DNA from: the human T2T-CHM13v2.0 reference genome, Homo sapiens | Length of the DNA stretch: 64,000 nucleotides | NCBI RefSeq assembly: GCF_009914755.1 | Contig: NC_060937.1 | Strand: one strand, 5' to 3' | Shown: in pieces, positions 42,037-54,645 of the stretch | How positions within the stretch are numbered: position 1 is the stretch's first letter | Layout of the letters: each line of letters starts with the position of its first letter | The notes under the pieces: generated by a model | Database searches by the model: none | Told to the model about the DNA's origin: nothing | What the model saw: only the letters and a program-made list of their open reading frames with translations | Position numbers and translations under genes: made by a program

Positions 42037-42891
42037 AGTCCTTTTTATAACACAGTCAGCAGGAGCAATAATCTATCAATACTGCTAAGACCCAAAAGGA
42101 AATTGAAAAGAAACAAACAAAAAAACAAAAAAAATCCTGATGCTGACTTTCTGAGAAACCAACAATATCATAGTCAGAAATATATAAATTTTAAAAAAAA
42201 TTGTACATGGTGATTGTATAAATAAAGCATTCTACTTTAAAACTCAATCCAAACATTATACCAGATTTAGTGACAGCATAAATCATTCATGGATCCCCCA
42301 GAATTCAAAATGTCATTCACCAAACATTTATGAAGCACTTCCACTGTGCGCCAGACAAGGGAGAGGATACACAGAGACAAGATCTGTCCCATCCTACAGG
42401 AGTCCACGACAACAGAGGGTGGAGAAATTAGGAGGGAGGGAGGACACAAATCATAATAGGATGTATTTGACCAACCCCTTCCTGACTCCTGCTCCATCCA
42501 GGACTCCCCAAAGCATGGTTAATGAGACTATTCCCTAAGTCAGCAATGTAACAAAAGATGGCTTTATTCCACTAAAAGCAAACAAAATGAAAACTGGTTT
42601 GGCAGCCTACATAAATATTTGAAGAGTTGGTTTTCTGATTCCCAGTCATTCTACTAATACCCAAGGTGGGCCCTGCAGAACCTTTTATCCAGAGGTGTCT
42701 AAGAGTCATCAGTCAACAGTGTGGAGCTACTGTGTATGGGGCCACTGGACATCTGTGGCCAGAGCACCTATGAAAGGAATACTGGGGGCATGAAGAAGTT
42801 CAAGCAGGACAGTGGGTAGAAATAAGACAAGCAGATGTATTTTTTTCCCCTGATTTCTTTACACTCTCCTGTATTTTTAAAATGTTCTACT

Positions 42892-43186
42892 GGCCAAGCA
42901 CAGTGGCTCACACCTGTAGTCCCAGTACTTTGGGAGGCCAAGGCAGGTGGATTGCTTGAGCCCAGGTGTTCAAGACCAGCCTGGGCAACATAGAGAAACC
43001 CTTTCTCTACAAAAAATAGAAAAAATAGCCATATGTGATGGCATGTGCCTGTGGTCCCAGCTACTTAGGAAGTTGAGGCAGAGAATTGCTTGAGCCCTGG
43101 AGGTCGAGGCTGCAGTGAGCTATGATCAGGCTATGACATTCCAGCCTGGGAAACAAAGTGAGACTGTCTCAAAAAAAAAAAAAAAA
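42892..43186 (+). mobile_element. AluJ-type SINE
   Basis: Full dimer with GCTTGAGCCC and GGTCGAGGCTGCAGTGAGCTATGAT. Confidence 0.95.
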
Positions 43187-43310
43187 GTTTTACCACAAGC
43201 TAAGAATGAACTACATTGTCTAAAACCATCAATCCCCAGAGGTGGACAGCTAGTGCAGGCCACAGGGTTCCTGAAGTACACTTCCTACTCATCAGGATAC
43301 AGATGGAGAC

Positions 43311-43749
43311 TGTGGTAGGTTAGATGGTGTTCCCCAAAAAGGTATGTCCACATCCTAACCACCAGAATTTGTGAATGTGACTTATTTGAAAAAAGAATCT
43401 TTGCAGATATAATGAAGGATCTTGAAATAAGATCATCCTGAATTACCCAGGTGAACCCTAACTCAAATGACAACTATGCTAATAAGAGACAGAAGCGGAG
43501 AAGACACAGACGCAGAGAAGGCCACGTGAAGACAGATGCAGCGATTGGGGTGACATGGCCACCAGCCAAGAACCACCTCCAGAATCTGGAGGAGGCAAAG
43601 AAAAATTCTCTCCTTAAGTCCCCAGAGAGAGAATGGCCCTGCCAGGCTTCAGACTTTTGGTCTCTCAGAAGTGTGACAGAATAAATTTCTGCTGTTTTCA
43701 GCCACCAGGTTTGTGATAATTTGTTACGGCAACCCTAGGAAACAAATAC
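43311..43749 (+). mobile_element. MLT1C-like MaLR LTR
   Basis: TGTGGTAGG..ATGTCCACATCCTAAC..TGTGAATGTGACTTATTTG..AATTTGTTACGGCAACCCTAGGAAACAAATAC. Confidence 0.88.
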
Positions 43750-46707
43750 TGAAACCAGTATGATTACCATGGGACCAATATGGTTAACATGGGAAACTCT
43801 GTGGTTGGAAGAATTTTCTGGTGGCCTTTAATTGGCAGCCTGCAATAAGTCAGGCCCTTTTACTTCTGTTACAGACAATAATTCTAACAAGTCTAACAGG
43901 TATTATCTCTGTGCTACAAATAGTCACTGATGCACCAAAAGTTAACTGCCTTGAGATCAGGCAGCAAGATGTGGCAGGGCAGCATGTTGTGAGGTTCCTA
44001 TGAATCTGGTCTTTTTTCTTCCCTTCCATACCTTCTGTCCAAAACATGTCCAGCGCAAGGACACTGTCCAGCCTTCTCTTCCTGCACATCAGCTGCCTCC
44101 CGTCAGTCCTGCTGAACGGGGATCCTTCCCAGATTTCTAAATGGGGGACGTGAGTCCCACGGTCTGCTTGGATGTCAGGGAAGACGGTATCACTAACACC
44201 CCAGACAGAGCAGGTTTAGGGGCAATGACTGACTTTAGTTTAGGACATGGATTGGAGGTGCCTAAGGGACATCTGGTGTAGGGGCCAGCAATCTCCTGTC
44301 AAAAGAGGAAGGAACGTGAAAATATTTTTAAGCTTTGATTGAAATATGTTAACACCAATGAGTTACTATTCCCCAGGCGTTTACATTTTTAGACATTTTA
44401 CTTTCAACTGTGGAACAGAAAGATTTGTCACAGTTATATAAATGGGCCAAAGACTGTCCCTAGGTAGTTTATTTCTTCACTGCAGGTGGAGACTAGTTAG
44501 CACAAAAGCCCTCTAGCATCAAACTCAAATTTTTATACATCCAATTATTTTAAAAATAGCCCCAAACAGGCAGATCTTTTGCCATGTAGCCTGCTTCACA
44601 GACCCACTGAAATCTTGCCTGAAAACTGTCACCCACTGACAAGATAGGGCCTTACAAGGCCCCAAGCAGCTATGGCCCTTCTGAGCTCTCTGACCCAGAG
44701 ACTCCCACAGCACTGCTGGGTGACATCATCTAGGCACATGGCACCACCTAGACACAGTCCCTTCTGAGTGGTGGCCCCAGATGGCCTCAGCCCGTGAGGG
44801 ACATCCCCTCTCAAGCAACCCTGTCCCACCGCCATCCAATAAAGCTCATGGGTCACTGCCTCTCAGGGTCACATCTTCTTCCTTGGTCAGCTCCAAATCC
44901 CTGGAAGCCCCTACAGTGACCTCAGTAGGACTTTTAGGCAAAAGGAAGAAACTGGGGAAGATATCATCAGTCTATTCCTTGCCTCAGAAATCAAACTTCT
45001 CTTCCAGCTGGCCCTGAAGACAGCCCACTCTCAGTGAACAGCTGTAGGCTCCCTGAAGCCTGGGCATTTGTGGGGAATCCACCCATCCCGGAGGCACCCC
45101 TGCCCCAGCCCAGAAATCCTAGGTAGGCTCTCTTCTCCCTGAGAAGGGGCAGCCCATCTGTCTCTCTACGGTCTCATATCCTGGGAAGTCAGCCCCTCTA
45201 GCTTTCCATCAGTTGCCATGCAGAACCCAGGAGCAGAGGACTCAGACACTTGCAGGTACGTCGGGGAGAGAGGGAGGCTGCCAAACAGGTCCACAAACAG
45301 GACCCAAGACACATAAAAGTGCAGCTGCCAAGGCTATCTATTTTCTTGTCCACCGGGGTAAGGGAAGGGAGCTGAGGACATCCCAGAAGGAACATGGGGT
45401 CTAAAGTAATTGCTAATAATGAAGGAGAACTTACTCCTTTACCCTGCCTCATCTTACCCACATCCTTTCCACAATCAGCCTGCCCCCTCCTTGAGGCCCT
45501 CCATGATGGGACGGCCAGCTTCAGTGTTTGCTTGTCCCCGCCCACTGCCCTACATATGCCACTACTGTAGGCAGGACAATACTGGTGTGACCATCCCTCC
45601 ACACCAGCCTCAGAAGAGCACCTCATACACTGCCTGGCACCAGAGGCCTCTAATAAAAGTTTGCTGAATGAATGAATAAATGTGACTCACTCACTTACCA
45701 TTTATATTTAATTACCATGTAACCCAATTGTGATTCTTATTTATATGACAGATTAGCTCTGCTCTAAAGTTATCTGCTAACAATAGCTCAGGGAGACTCA
45801 ACCATGGTTTACAAGGCATGTTCAACTGCTCACGCGACACTGTTGAATGCTCGTAACAGGAAAGCCAGGGCCAACCCTGTGTATTCACTGCCCTGAGTTT
45901 TATTAAGCAAATTAATCTTAAACACAGACATTGAGTGAAGCCACCAGCCAGCCTCCTGTAATTGATTCTGGTGGAATCACTGAATCAAGAACACTGCAGG
46001 CAGTGGGTCTTATTCATGTTTGTTCCCTCAGCAACCAGCAGGATGCCTGGTATACAGTAGGACATCAATAAATGCTTATTGTGAAGTTCTTGAAGCAGCA
46101 GATGCTTCCTATAGCTGAAGTATTTCAGCTTCTAGAGACCACAGATGTCTGCCACCTGGCTGAGCAACCCAGTCAGACCCACACTGATCAGGACCACCAC
46201 ACCATGGCAACCAGAAAGGAACACCAGACTATTATGTATGAATACCACGATCGCTTCCTAGCTCTTATTTCAAAGTGATACAGACTACTCACTAACACTT
46301 TAAAAATGTGCAAATTTTGCCACCAAAAATAAATGAATTTGGAAATACAAAAGTTTAGAACAAAAAGCTACGGAGCTAACTTAAAAGACACAAACTTTGG
46401 GCTCCCTTATTAACAATGTGTTGAAGACAAGAGCAATCATTCTCCCCAAACTATAATACAGTGCTTAAAGCCGTAAGTAAAAGAAAAACCAAAAGGACTG
46501 TCACCTGACTGTACAGCCAGGTTCTTCCATCACATGCACAAGCTCCTCCATGCCTTCCTACCCGTGTTTCTCAGGAGCAGGACAGGATTTTACCATACTG
46601 AGAGCAGAGGGGAACTCCCACCACAATTCCAGCCCATAGACATATTCACCCACAAACCATTCAGTGGTACCCAAGTCGACAGACCTTCTTCAAGAGATGT
46701 CTCACTA

Positions 46708-47436
46708 AGAGGATGTGGTGGAAAGGGAATCCCTGCATGCTGTTTGTGGGACTGTAAATTAGTGAAGCCACTATGGAAAACAGTATGGGGGTTCCTTAAA
46801 AGATTAAAAATAGGACTAGCATATGATCCAGCAATCCTACTACTGGGTACTTGCCCAAAGAAAATGAAATCGCTGTGTCAAAGCGATATCTGCACTCCCA
46901 TGTTCATGGCCGCACTATTCACAACAGCTAAGATATGGAATCAACCTAAGTGGCCATCAGTGGATAAATGGATAAATAAAATATGGTGTATACCGTATAT
47001 ACACAATGAAATATCATTCAGGCGCAAAAGAGAAAGAAATCGTCTGCAACAACATGAACATAGAGGACATCATGTTAAATGAAGTAAGCCAGGCAAAGAA
47101 AGGCTAATACTACATGACCTCACTTAGATGTAGACTCTAAAAAAGTCAAACTTACAGAAGTAGAGAGTAGAATGGTGGTTACCAGGGGCTGGGGGTGGGG
47201 TTTGGAGAGATGTTGGTAAAAAGATACAAAATTTCAGTTAGCTAGGGGGAATACAGTATAAACATGGTGACTACAGTAAATAAATAGCTGAGAGTAGAAC
47301 TGAGTTCTCACCACAGAAAATGTTAAGTATGTGAAGTATTGCATGTTACTTAGCTTGATTGAACCATTCCAATTTTAAAACATCATGTTGTATACCCTAA
47401 ATATACGGAATTTTTGTCAAAAAATGCATATATAAA
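46708..47436 (+). mobile_element. 5'-truncated L1MA (ORF2 C-terminus plus 3' UTR)
   Basis: Translates to CLWDCKLVKPLWKTVW..YDPAILLLG..CTPMFMAALFTTAKIWNQPKWPS, the L1 ORF2 C-terminus; TSD AAGAGATGTCTCAC / AAGAGATGCCTCAC. Confidence 0.92.
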
Positions 47437-47501
47437 AAGAGATGCCTCACCAGCTTAATCATCTTTTTAAAAACAAAACAAAACAAAACAAAAAAAACAG
47501 C

Positions 47502-47805
47502 AGCCGGGTGCGGTGGCTCACACCTGTAATCCCAGCACTTTGAGAGGCTGAGGCGGGCGGATCATGAGGTCAGGAGATTGAGACTATTCTGGCTAACACG
47601 GTGAATCCCCATCTCTACTAAAAATACAAAAAAAAAAAAAATTAGCCGGGTTTGATGGCACGTGCCTGTAGTCCCAGCTACTCAGGAGGCTGAGGCAGGA
47701 GAATGGCGTGAACCCGGGAGGCGGAGCTTACAGTAAGCTGAGATTGTGCCACTGCACTCCAGCCTGGGTGACAGAGTGAGACTCAGTCTCAAAAAAAAAA
47801 AAAAA
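47502..47805 (+). mobile_element. AluY
   Basis: GGCTAACACGGTGAA and GAATGGCGTGAACCCGGGAGGCGGAGCTT. Confidence 0.95.
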
Positions 47806-49208
47806 CCAGCATCACTGTGTCTAGAATTCACAAGACAACCAGGAAATATCTTAAGCAACGACAGAAAAGGCAGAAATGTATGTCCCAACACTGAGCCCAG
47901 GCTCAGCACGGGGCAGAACAAGCCGAGCGACCTCCCACCTGGCATATCTTCACTTGGAAGGTGGGACGCACACCAACAGGTTTTGCTGGAATGATGCCCT
48001 CCTGCTTTGAGTAGGAGGATCCTTAACTCCAGGGCCATAACACATTGCACAACCAAGGGCTTGGCCTGGGCTTTGCCACTCACCCATGAGATTAACAGAG
48101 GAAGTAGTTTGTTGGTTTTGAGGTTTTCAAAAGGAGGAAGGATTTTGCGCCCAGTATGCTAACCTCCTTAGCTGCGCTCCGGAAAACAGCACTTAAAGGG
48201 TTGCCCAACTTGTGGGACTTGTCTCGACAGTAAACACCTCATAGAACATGCCTGGTTATGAGGGGGCACACCTGACAGGAAAGTCCAGGACTCACAGATG
48301 AGGGGCCTTGAAGAGCCACTGTGAATCACTGCTGTGTTATCACATACTGTGTGTAAGTGCATGGGTGTAAAATAAACACACACAGCCTGGAAACCTGTTT
48401 TATTCAGAGTATAAGCTCAGATGTCAACATCTTTCTCTGCCTAGATCTATCACTTACTTTACTTTCATTCTTACATCTAACTCCTGACCTCTTAATCCTC
48501 CTGAAGACATCACCAGAAATGTCTCATACTTCATGCCTGCGTTTAAGGTACAAAGTGTAGCTTTGGATAGGTTTTTAAAAGGTTCCTGTTTAGGTTATGC
48601 TCCAAAGGAAAGCCCATCTTGACACTTCCTCTCCCATAAGGATGAGCGTGAAGAGAGCCAAAGTTGGACGAGTCCAAGTTTAATCTCCTATCTCTGATGA
48701 TTAAAAGACAAAATATTTATTTAAAACACGGCCAAACAGCCACTGACATCTGTGCAATTTTTGGTGGCTATGTTGGACATATTCATGGGGGTCAAATAAA
48801 TAAAAATGGCCAAGCCTATGAGTAAACTTTTCCTCATGGTAAAGTTTCCCAAGATAATGTGCTAATTGAAATACACGCCAGCTGACCCTAGAAGTAGGGC
48901 CTATTTAGAAAATTTTAAAAGTACATATTTTTTATTTCCTCAGAAACACAGCCTTTTCTGTGTATAGATTCAGGCTCTCTCTGGATGGGGCAGAGAACCA
49001 CAGGCTGAGGAGTATCAGCTGCCATCGCAGCACATAAGCACGTCTGTTACCATCAGGGTCCCCAGGTTAGAATAAGGAAATTGTCTTTCTACTTTTAAAC
49101 ATTCTGGGGCCTAAGAACATCTTCTTAGTCTCATTTATTTTCACTCCTTAGGTGTTGTCTGAAAATAATGAAAGTCAAACTTTTTCTGAGAATCAGTGGT
49201 TCTAATCC

Positions 49209-49513
<305 letters not shown>

Positions 49514-51095
49514 TAATCTTGAAGCATCAGCCTCAAGCAACCACCTTTCCAGAAAAGTGTCCCTGGATACAAACTCAATGTATTGTTCTCCCTCCCTTTC
49601 ACTGGCCTTTTACAACTCAATTCCTGCCCTCCTGTATAATACCCAACAGCAGAGCTCCTAGGAGTCAAATCCTGGGCTCTGACACAAAGTTTCACCCTGG
49701 GCAGGCCTCCAGTTTGGGGGCAGCACCAGGGACCTCAATGTCAGCAAAATCACGAATCAAACACTGATGTCCGATGACAGTTCTCACTGAGAACATATTC
49801 CATTGTATTTTAAAGTTATGGAAAATCTTCATACGGTGTTTAAAAGTGTTCATGTGCTGCTTCTTGGTTTACAGTTTTATCTGTTTTGTTTTGTTTTGTT
49901 TTGTTTCTGCCGGCTCAAAGCCAACAGCAGGATTTTCACCAAGTTTCCAGTTTTGGAGTAAGAAGCACGCCTGAAGACAGCCAACCTGGAGACAGCCTGC
50001 GTGCACCCCAGCGGAGCTTCCCCAGTTACCATTCCCCTCTGCTACTGCTCATCTTCTCATCACTCTTATTTGTCCCTACTCTAGAAAAGAAAATAAGAAG
50101 GAATTTTGAATAATGCATGCTCTGTGTTCATCAGTGTTCATTAACGTAACAAGCACATAACTAAAAATACAATAATAGGGCTTATCACGGAAAGCAAGGG
50201 TGGCCTGGCTCACCCACTCCACTCCCAGCCCTGCTCCTCGGAGGCAATTCCCTTCCATATTTTGGTGCTTCTTCCAGTGTTTTCTCTCCTCCTTCTGCCC
50301 CCATAACTGTAACATACAGATTTCTCAATTTTATCCTTTCCAAATATTTTCAACTGACTTTCTGCTATGACAAATGGGGACAGCTCACATGCAACACTCC
50401 CATCCTCACAGTGCCACTATTTCTCATTCTCTACAGTTCTCTTTGTAACTGTAAGCACTAATATACTTGTACCTTTATTATTCCATCACTGACCACTGCT
50501 CGGGACTTCCCACTTTGTTAGGTAAAGACTTCACACCAAAAAGCGAAATTCAAATCCCTGACATTAAGCTCTGCTACTAATAAACAGCAAAGCTTAATAA
50601 GCTGAATAATCATAGCTAAGTACAAATAATGAATATAATAATAATAAACAGCTGAATAAGTCTGACTGTGGAGTTCGTGTTTAATTTTTTGTTTGGTTAT
50701 TTTCTGTATGGCTAAGAATGGAAAGAAAATGAATAGTTAAAAATATGTTTTGGCATTGTACAGACTTCAATCAATCACTCTGTTTTCTGGACCCAACAGA
50801 ATCATCAATGACTACCCTTACTCAATTCTCTCATTACTCAAGAATTTTGGAGATGAAACCCAACTGTGAAATGAAAATTCTTAAATGGTAATACTGTTCA
50901 TCTGAGTATGTTTACAGTACTTCTGAATCCACATACCTTATCACCCCTCACCTTCCAACCTCAGAATATCTGGCCAAAAGGAGGTAGCAGGCAATGCTGA
51001 AGGCTGCTCCTTGGACAGGGGCAGTGTGGTCAGCCTTGTCATCGGGAGGCATGGTGTGGCCATGGAGTAAGGATATCTTAGAAAAAGACAACTCT

Positions 51096-51160
51096 AGCTG
51101 GGCATGGTGGCAAACGCCTGTAGTCCCAGCTACAAAAAAAGGAAAAGAAAAGAAAAGAAA
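51096..51160 (+). mobile_element. Very short Alu fragment with an A-rich tail
   Basis: AGCTGGGCATGGTGGCAAACGCCTGTAGTCCCAGCTAC followed by A7GG(AAAAG)n. Confidence 0.85.
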
Positions 51161-51215
51161 AAGACAAATCTGGACTGAGGGAGTGTGTTAAAGGCTACTG
51201 ATGTAACAGCTGAAA

Positions 51216-51507
51216 TTTTTTTTTTTAAACAGGGTCTTGCTCTGTTACCCAGGCTGGAGTGCAAAAGCACAATCATGGCTCGCTGCAGCCTCAACCTCTA
51301 GGCTCAAGTGATTCTCCTGCCTCCCACCCACATAGCTGGGACCACAGGTGTGCGCCACAGCGTTCAGCTAATTTTCTACAATTTTTTTGTAGAGACAGGG
51401 TTTCACCATGTTGCCCAGGCTGGTCTTGAACTCCTGGACTCAAAAGATACTCCCACCTCAGTCTCCTAAAGTGTTGGGATTACAGGAATGAGCAACCACA
51501 CCCAGCC
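51216..51507 (-). mobile_element. AluJ-type SINE
   Basis: Reverse dimer; TSD AACAGCTGAAATTTTT / AATAGCTAAATTTTT. Confidence 0.94.
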
Positions 51508-52101
51508 AATAGCTAAATTTTTGAAAGCAGGACACATACTGTATTATCAGATAATGATCCCTAACATACAAAACTGGATTTCATTAGGAAATGATTGATC
51601 TTTCCAGATAATGAATGCTGCAGGTTCTCTCCTAGGCCAACATCTTCATGACATCTAAAAATACAAGAAGCAATTATGCTATAGATTTAAAAAATTGAAA
51701 TATGATATGTGAAAATACTGAAAATAACCTATGGAGCTATCAAAGTTTATGGAGGATATTTAGGTTTCAACATGTAAGATGACACCTGCTTGCATGTTGG
51801 ATCCTGTCTAAAATTTCAAGCCATGGACAGCAAGTAAAAACAAATCAAAAATGGAAAGACACATAGCATGTGTAGTTTATCTATGTCACAGAGCAAAAAT
51901 AACACTTTGGTAATGCTTTAATTAAAATCAAGTACCTAGAGTTCATTCCATATTTCAGGCCTGTAGGAGAAAAAAAAAGCAAAACCACTTCCCCTTGCAG
52001 TGATACACGAATGGAAATATCCGAGACAGCGAAACCTGAATCAGCTACAAACAGTATGACCTTGCATGACTAACTTATTCTCCCATCCAATCAACATGTC
52101 A

Positions 52102-52401
<300 letters not shown>

Positions 52402-54146
52402 CATGTCATAAGCACCCACCATGTTGTAGACACTAATGACAAGTCCCACAAACTCTCTCCATCTATCCCCTAGAGCAGCTGTAGCCCAGCCCACTTTAAT
52501 GTGTCGTTGCTCTAAAACCAGCCTCCACTTCATATACATGGCCCCCCCAGGTGTTGGTAACCCTTGGATCCAAAGATGTCTGATTCTCAAAATCAAAGAT
52601 TAAAACTTTTCAGAGACAGCTGCCAGGACGTAAGGCCAAGCACAAGCAGCTCATCCTGCACAGGTGGACGTAAGAAGGATGAAGAACTCAGTGGGAGACT
52701 TCCTCTCCATCACCTGCCCACCCAGCTTCCCAGCCCGCCTCTGCGAGGACCCCTCCCCTCTCCATCCAGCAATAAAGGGCTGTGCGAGCCACTGTGTTCT
52801 GTGCAACTTCCAGTTCCTCCACTGTCACCTGAAGCAATGGGGGAGGGAAGGGGAGGTAATAGTGGCCTTGAAAGGCTGAAGGGAAGCCTCTGGCATGTTC
52901 TTTGCCTAGGAGCCAGCTCAGTGCTTCCTTTGACACTGTGAGCTCTTCAGGCTCCCCCTTTCCCGCCAAAGCTCAGTTCTTGCTCTTTGCTTTACTGATT
53001 TCTGCTTGAGCCCACAATGCAGGCACAACACACCTGCAACTTCCTGAAAGTCCCTGAAGCAGACAGAGCCTGAGGAGGCACAACTTCTTCACCGAGGGCT
53101 TGGGGCCGAGTCCCAAGGACTTTTCATTCATTCTTCTACCTTCTCTCTTGAACCTCGCAATGGAAACATGAGGTCTGCAGCTTTCATACTAATGAAAATT
53201 TCATCCAAACAGGAAAGAAAAATACATCTTTTCAATACCCAGAACTTAAGGTTATCCGAATGCTCTAAAGGTCATTCGCTGATAGTGATACAAACATCCC
53301 AGGCAAACCAAGCAAAGCAGGAATGTGAATGATGAACACAACCTGCAGACGACTTGACTCAGCTGTAGAAATGAGACCTTCACCACCACTACACTCATCC
53401 TTTTCACCTGCAATTACTTCAAACCCCAGACAAAAGTGGTCCCAATTGCTCAGGATGATCCACAAAGCAAGTACACCCTATCAAAATTCAACCAATAAAA
53501 ACTACATTTCCAGTTTGCAGCTAAAGAACATGTTCCACTAGTGGCAAAAAAAAAAAAAAATCAGAACTCACAATCTGCTGAATTTCCTCATAACAAATTT
53601 GTTCACAAAAACACCAGAACCACAGGAAACACCACATATGAAAGAGAAATCAGTTGGCTTTTTGAAAATAAAGAAGACATGCAATGAGCAACAGAAGCCA
53701 AACTGATATTCAGCCAAGTACCATTCCTGTTTAAAGATTCAAAACATCCTTAATAACCATAAGTCATTAGCTCTCAGCACGACCAATTTTCCCCATGGAA
53801 ATGCTTGACTATCAGAGCTGGGGGCTTCTAGTGGGGATGATGGGCACAGCTCCACAGCCCCTAGGGAAACATGAAGGCCCTGCAAGGGGCAGTGGATATG
53901 CAGCAAAGGTAGGAGTGTGCCCTGTCTAATGTCAGCATCCTGTGCTTCCACAGAGACCCTCACCCCTGGCCCACTACTCACTGCCTGGCCATGGAGTAGG
54001 ATGGAAGGATCTCCTGGTAAACAAATGCCAGCACACAGCTTACTTCTCCCTGACCTCGGCTCCCCATCTCCCTAGATTCCACAAAATATTCTGCTATCCT
54101 AAATGATTTCAAAGTACAGACCACACTCCGTATCCAAGGGTTCCAT

Positions 54147-54645
54147 GGTGTGAGGTGGTATCTCACTGTGGTTTTAATTTGCATTTCCCTGATGATTATT
54201 GATGTTGAGCATTTTTCCATATACCTGTTGGCCACTTGTATGTCTTCTTTTGAAAAATGGCTATTGCCCTTTTTTTTGGGGAGGTTTGTGGGGGTAGACA
54301 CAGGGTCTCACTGTGTCACCCAGGCTGGAGAGCAACGCAGTGGTGCAATCATGGTTCACTGCAGCCTCGAACTCCTGGGCTCAAGTGGTCCTCCTACGTC
54401 AGACTCCTAAGTAACTGGGACTATAGACACATGCCACCACACCAGCCTTCTTTTTTTTTTTTTTTAAGTAGAGACCAGGGTCTCACTATGTTGCCCAGGC
54501 TCTTTGCCCATTTTTTAACTGAGTTGTTTTCTCACTTTGAGTTGAGTTTTTTATATGTTTTGGATATTAATCCCTTATCAGATGTACAATTTGCAAATAT
54601 ATCCTCCCATTCCATTGGCTGTCTCTCCACTCTATTGATGCTAAT
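54147..54645 (-). mobile_element. L1M ORF2 fragment, split by a truncated AluJ
   Basis: The minus frame gives [38 protein letters not shown] (L1 ORF2). Confidence 0.9.
54270..54500 (-). mobile_element. 5'-truncated AluJ
   Basis: Right arm plus part of the left arm; flanks TTGCCC.TTTTT. Confidence 0.88.

Noticed and set aside
46534-47082. Longest ORF in the track (182 aa)
   Set aside because: Its C-terminal two-thirds is degenerate L1 ORF2 read in from random flank; not a gene.
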